This document shows, in pieces, positions 59,851 through 64,000 of a DNA stretch of 64,000 bases. Made by a program: the position numbers and the translations under genes. Below the pieces are notes generated by a model. The model saw only the letters and a list, made by a program, of their open reading frames with translations, made no database searches and was not told the DNA's origin. Numbering within the stretch: the stretch's first letter is position 1; each line of letters opens with the position of its first letter. Source of the stretch: Desulfarculaceae bacterium (lineage in GTDB: Bacteria; Desulfobacterota; Desulfocorpusculales; Desulfocorpusculum); NCBI GenBank assembly GCA_037443445.1, contig JBBIOJ010000003.1:11816-75815 (forward strand), in the 5' to 3' direction.

Positions 59851-62657
59851 GAGGGCTCCTCCTTGGGGGGATCGGCATTTGCCGGCAAGAGCACTCTGAC
59901 CTCTGTGCCAATCCCCACCTGGCTTCTGATCTCCAGTACCCCTCGGTGATCCTCTACTATCTTGAAACAAAGGGACAATCCCAACCCTGTACCTCTTCCC
60001 ACTGGTTTGGTGGTAAAGAACGGCTCCATGACCTTCTCCAGGATCTGGGGCGGGATCCCAGGTCCTGTGTCCTTGACGGTAACCACCACCCAGGAGCTTC
60101 CCCCGCGTTCCTCCTGGGTTGTCTGGATGAGAAGCTCCTTGTAACCCTCTGTTTCGTCCAAAGCGTCCCTGGCATTGGAAATCAGGTTCAAGAGGACCTG
60201 CTCCATCTGGTTGGGATCAGCCATCACGGGGGGAAGACCCCTGGCCAATCGTTTTTCCAAGTGAATCTGATGATCCAGAAGTTGCTGCCCTGTGATGAGA
60301 AGGGCGTTTTCCACAGGCAGGTTGATGTCCAGGGGCCTCAGCTCCGGCCTGGCCTGCCTTGAGAATTCCCTCAGGTGATCCACTATTCTGGCTATCCTTT
60401 CATTGCAACGTCTGATCACCTCCAGCCTGTCTTTGTTGGGGCAATCCTGGTGGAGTTCTTTTTCCATGACGTGGAGGATGGTCTGAGAGGCCATGAGGGG
60501 ATTGTTTAGCTCGTGGGCCACCCCGGCCACCAGCTCCCCCAGGGCCCTCAGCTTGGAGGCCTCCACAAGGTGGGCCTGGGTTTCCTTGAGCTTGGCCTCC
60601 AACCTCTTCTGCTGGGTGAGATCCTTGAAGACCCCCACCGTACCTATTATGTTGCCCTCTCCGTCCCTGAGAAGAGATGCGGAGTTGATGATGGAAAGTA
60701 CCTCTTGATCCTTGCGAAGTATCTGCATCTCATAGTTTTCCACTCTCTGCCTGGACCTGAGGGCGTCCATGATCTCCCTGGCTTCCTGGATGCCCCTCAC
60801 ATACAACTTGGAGATGTGAGTTCCCAGAAGCTCCTCCCTGGAATATCCCAGCATCTCTTCCATTCCCCGGTTCAAGAAGGTGATGTGCCCCTTGAGATCC
60901 GTGGTCACGATCCCGTCCACAGAGCTGGCCATCACATTCTCCAGGAACTCCTTGGTCTCCCTGAGTTGTCTTTCCAGAAGCCTCCTTCGGGTCAGGTCCC
61001 TCACTATCTCCACGAAACCCGAGACCCGGCCCTCAGGGTCCAGCATGGCCGTCACCACCGAGTGAGCCGGGAAGCGGCTTCCGTCCTTTCGGATCCGCTC
61101 CATCTCCAGCTCGCAGAGCCCCTCGGCGCGGGTGCGGGAAGCGATCTGTTTCTGGATCCCTTTTTCCCTCTGTTCGGCCGGGATGGTCATGCCGATATTC
61201 TCTTTGCCCAGCACCTCCTGCTTGCTCCAGCCAAAGAGCCTTTCCGCACCCCTGTTGAACTCCATGATTTGGCCCTTGAAATCCAAAGCCATGATGGCGT
61301 ACTGGGTGGCGCTTTCCAAAATGCTGTTCAGAAAGGTGGAAAGCTCCCTGAACCTCTCCCTGGAATCCGCCAGTTCCCTGGTCCTCTCCTCCACCATGCG
61401 CTGGAGACCTGTGGTGTACTCCTGGATCTGGCTGGCCATCCTGTTGAAGGAGAGTCCCAGAATCCCTACCTCGTCCCTTCCGTGCACCTCTACACGCTGG
61501 GAGAGGTCCCCGTCCAGCATGCGGGCAGTGGCCTGGGTCAGCTCCCCGATCCTGCGGGTCAGAACCCTGGAAACCCCCACCGTGAACATGAAAACAAGAG
61601 GCAGGCTCACAAGGATTACCGCCACTGTGAATCTCTCTGTCTCGTACAGGGCCTGGTAAATCTCCTCCTCGTATGTGCCTGCGGCAATTATCCAGTCCCA
61701 GGGCCTGAAGTAGGTGTACTTGGTTATCTTCTGCCGTGGAGTTTTCTCCCCCAGCTCGGGGTTCATCCAGGGATAACGTATAGTCTCCACCTTACCCTCT
61801 GGTGCCCGGGTGGCCGCCTCCACCATTGCCCTTATGTATTGGAATCCCTCGGTGTCCCTGGCGTCGATTATGTTCTCGCCCTCTTTGGCAGGATGCACCT
61901 TCAGGACCCCTTGACTGTCCATTATGTATACATAGCCGGTCTGCCCAACCCGGATGTGCTTCACCTGGGTCTTGAGGGAGACCGCTGGCTCCCTGACCCC
62001 TACGCTCAAGGCTCCCAGAACCCTTCCCTTCTCATCCAGGACGGGTTCATACACGGTTATGTACCACTCCTCCAGAACCATGGTTCTGCCTGTGAAAGGC
62101 TGCCCCTTCAGGATCCTGCGGGAAACAAGATTTTCCCCGGGGATCAGTGTGCCCACCGCACGAATCCCCTGCCTGTCCCTGAGGTTCGTTGCAATTCGCA
62201 AGAGCTCCCCGTTTTCCAAGGCATGGAAGATGGTGCAGATTCCTCCTGTCAACTCTCCCACCCTGTCTATAAAATCCGGATCCAGGTTCACCCAGGTCCC
62301 GTCCAGTTTCCAAGAGGGCACCTCCAGGTACCTCCTGGTATGGCCATCAGCATCCTGTATGGGGAGCTTGAGGGGCCTGTCGGGATCCTCTTGGATCCTG
62401 GGAGAATCTCCCAGAAGCAGCATCCGGGCCAAAGCCATTTTTCTGCCCAGCTCCATCTGGACAGTCTCTTCCTGAAGGCTGCACATGGCGTATATGTTTG
62501 TTACCAGGTGCTCCAGGTCCTGCTCGGCGGCTTTCCTAAGGGCGCTGTCGAACCTGTTGAGGGAAAGGAAAGAGACTGCCAGAAGTGGAACCAGGACGAG
62601 CAGCAGGGTCAGGCTCACAAGCTTGGTTCTTATGCTCAGATCCCGGATTCTCACCAT
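59847..62657 (-). CDS. Sensor histidine kinase with double-Cache periplasmic domain, HAMP, three PAS domains, HisKA and HATPase_c
   Basis: N-terminal TM, Cache-like region, second TM plus HAMP, PAS repeats, HELNNPL H-box, [17 protein letters not shown]-box. 936 aa. Confidence 0.85.
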   Translation of the reverse strand: MVRIRDLSIRTKLVSLTLLLVLVPLLAVSFLSLNRFDSALRKAAEQDLEHLVTNIYAMCSLQEETVQMELGRKMALARMLLLGDSPRIQEDPDRPLKLPIQDADGHTRRYLEVPSWKLDGTWVNLDPDFIDRVGELTGGICTIFHALENGELLRIATNLRDRQGIRAVGTLIPGENLVSRRILKGQPFTGRTMVLEEWYITVYEPVLDEKGRVLGALSVGVREPAVSLKTQVKHIRVGQTGYVYIMDSQGVLKVHPAKEGENIIDARDTEGFQYIRAMVEAATRAPEGKVETIRYPWMNPELGEKTPRQKITKYTYFRPWDWIIAAGTYEEEIYQALYETERFTVAVILVSLPLVFMFTVGVSRVLTRRIGELTQATARMLDGDLSQRVEVHGRDEVGILGLSFNRMASQIQEYTTGLQRMVEERTRELADSRERFRELSTFLNSILESATQYAIMALDFKGQIMEFNRGAERLFGWSKQEVLGKENIGMTIPAEQREKGIQKQIASRTRAEGLCELEMERIRKDGSRFPAHSVVTAMLDPEGRVSGFVEIVRDLTRRRLLERQLRETKEFLENVMASSVDGIVTTDLKGHITFLNRGMEEMLGYSREELLGTHISKLYVRGIQEAREIMDALRSRQRVENYEMQILRKDQEVLSIINSASLLRDGEGNIIGTVGVFKDLTQQKRLEAKLKETQAHLVEASKLRALGELVAGVAHELNNPLMASQTILHVMEKELHQDCPNKDRLEVIRRCNERIARIVDHLREFSRQARPELRPLDINLPVENALLITGQQLLDHQIHLEKRLARGLPPVMADPNQMEQVLLNLISNARDALDETEGYKELLIQTTQEERGGSSWVVVTVKDTGPGIPPQILEKVMEPFFTTKPVGRGTGLGLSLCFKIVEDHRGVLEIRSQVGIGTEVRVLLPANADPPKEEPS

Positions 62658-62794
62658 GTGATGCCGCTCCCCATAAGTCCAGCCCCTTCTTGGGCCGGGA
62701 GGCGACTTGGGCCATTAGAGCACAGGCCCCCCAACCTGTAAAGGAAAGGGTAAGGGCTCTCCGGAAGCCTACATTTGCAAGGAACGTGCTCTTT

Positions 62795-63610
62795 TCAATA
62801 GACCGGGTCCGGGAAGGTGGTCATTGCTCTCGGCCTTCCCACCATGCGGTACATGACAGGCGAACTCCAACCCTCGCAAAGCAGCTCGTCCTCCACCTCC
62901 AGGAGGATCCCGTCGTGAATGGCCCAGCTTCTGCCTCGAACCGTGTGGGCCATCTCAGGGCGTCTGAAGGGTGTGCTTCCGTTCATCAGTGCATAGAGCT
63001 TTCCGCCCGGAAGGAATTCCCGGTGGATGCTCTTCATAAGGGGATAGCCGCTGAAGTACGAGAAGCCGTGCCGTTCGTAGGTAATGGCATTGTGATAAAA
63101 GAGGGCCTCCAGACGGATGGTCCTGATGTCCAGTATTCTGCAGAAGAACTCAAGACATTCAAGGGCTTGGCCCGTGAGGCCCAAGCCTTTCCTGCTTTGG
63201 CCCGGGCAAAGCCCTGCCTCCATGGCCTTTATTTCCTCCTGGATGTTCCTGGAGGCCCATCCAAAAAGGGTGTCCCTTCCGCGGGAGTCCACCTGGGTGA
63301 GGAATCTGGGGCTGTGGGGATCGTTCACGATCAGGAATTCCCACTCCAGCTGAGTGAAGTCCTGGGTGTCCGATACCTGGATGGAGTAAAGAGGCTCCTC
63401 CATCCCCCCCAGCTTTATCTCCACCAGGGCTGTGCTGTCTCCTGGGGGTGCCCAAATCCGCACGGCCCTGGCTCCCTCATCTGATGTAAAGCGCAGGGGA
63501 TGTATTCCGAACCTGGAGTACAGGGAGGGGGGGATCAGGATTCTGTAAAGCCCTTCTTTCTCCGGGACGGACAGCTGGTTGATGCGACGGATCCAGGACA
63601 TGCCTGCCAC
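62795..63610 (-). CDS. GNAT-fold acetyltransferase-like protein with ~120-aa N-terminal extension, first gene of GNAT-HK-RR operon
   Basis: Motif block RKGLGLTGQALECLEFFCRILDIRTIRLEALFYHNAITYERHGF matches GNAT motifs A/B. 137 nt upstream of the HK on the same strand. Confidence 0.5.
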   Translation of the reverse strand: MAGMSWIRRINQLSVPEKEGLYRILIPPSLYSRFGIHPLRFTSDEGARAVRIWAPPGDSTALVEIKLGGMEEPLYSIQVSDTQDFTQLEWEFLIVNDPHSPRFLTQVDSRGRDTLFGWASRNIQEEIKAMEAGLCPGQSRKGLGLTGQALECLEFFCRILDIRTIRLEALFYHNAITYERHGFSYFSGYPLMKSIHREFLPGGKLYALMNGSTPFRRPEMAHTVRGRSWAIHDGILLEVEDELLCEGWSSPVMYRMVGRPRAMTTFPDPVY

Positions 63611-64000
63611 TCTCCCTTGTTGGAGTGTTTAGCCCATTCAAGGCAGGATGTCAAAGCCAGCAAAGAGACCCCCAATTTCTGACTTGACACCTAGGGAGTC
63701 CGTGTGCTCTCATCTGATCCAGGCGTAGGGTTTGTTCCCATTGAGCTGGATTCTTGTCTCAGGAAAATTCTTGGGAGCGAAGCCATGGTCCAAGCTCCCA
63801 GCCGGCTTTCAATCCCGCGCTTCCTCCTCGAGCCGCTAAACTTGCCCTGCAGCCTTGTCGCGCGCCATGTCCGGGATAGACCTGGGAGGTGGGTCTTTAC
63901 CGGTTTGAAGTATTGGTGCTTGAAGCCCGGGTCTGGGTGTCCCTAGCTTTCTCAAGTATTTCCTGCAGATTCCTCAGAGAGGAACGAGCCTTGGAGACGG

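Noticed and set aside
60513-62741. 742-aa plus-strand ORF
   Set aside because: Antisense to the dCache/PAS histidine kinase, with no motifs.
1-64000. CRISPR arrays, rRNA genes, transposases/integrases, prophage genes
   Set aside because: Scanned for short regularly spaced direct repeats, rRNA signatures and integrase/transposase motifs; none found. The only repeats noted are the carB-flanking element and the short tandem repeat in the slp tail.

Overview
High-GC bacterial chromosomal segment, gene-dense on both strands, with no rRNA, CRISPR array or recognisable transposase/integrase. Most of it is core metabolism and housekeeping: emrAB-type efflux pump, clpX, two tandem moeA genes next to a tungsten-type aldehyde:ferredoxin oxidoreductase (AOR) with a MoaD-like gene, a tRNA-Ser, carB, ilvE, trxB-trxA, dnaB, rplI/DUF2232/rpsR/rpsF, trkA, nusB-ribH-ribBA-ribE, nrdR, a dCMP deaminase, glyA, rpiB, acpP-fabG-fabD-fabH-rpmF-yceD, and acs. 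Accessory-looking content includes (i) a thioredoxin-fold gene whose annotation is split by an in-frame TGA exactly at the first Cys of its CxxC motif (UxxC), with a SECIS-like hairpin 17 nt downstream, so a probable selenoprotein, lying next to a SagB/ThcOx tandem nitroreductase-like dehydrogenase; (ii) a tricarboxylate catabolic island (IDH-family dehydrogenase, tcuA, tcuB, aconitase, NADP-IDH, tctCBA, prpF); (iii) two sensor-kinase systems both associated with GNAT acetyltransferase domains (one fused HK-GNAT, one GNAT-HK-RR operon) in the neighbourhood of acs and a stand-alone Pta-N-terminal-domain protein; (iv) an envelope/unknown cluster with two Tiki/TraB/GumN-superfamily proteins and an Slp lipoprotein ending in a Trp/Tyr-rich repeat tail; (v) a ~60-80 nt conserved element carrying an inverted repeat present both just upstream and just downstream of carB, and a G9 homopolymer frameshift inside carB. 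The gene content (tungsten AOR, Sec usage, SagB-type protein) suggests an anaerobe, but that is inference only. All calls are from reading the sequence and ORF translations; no database searches were run.
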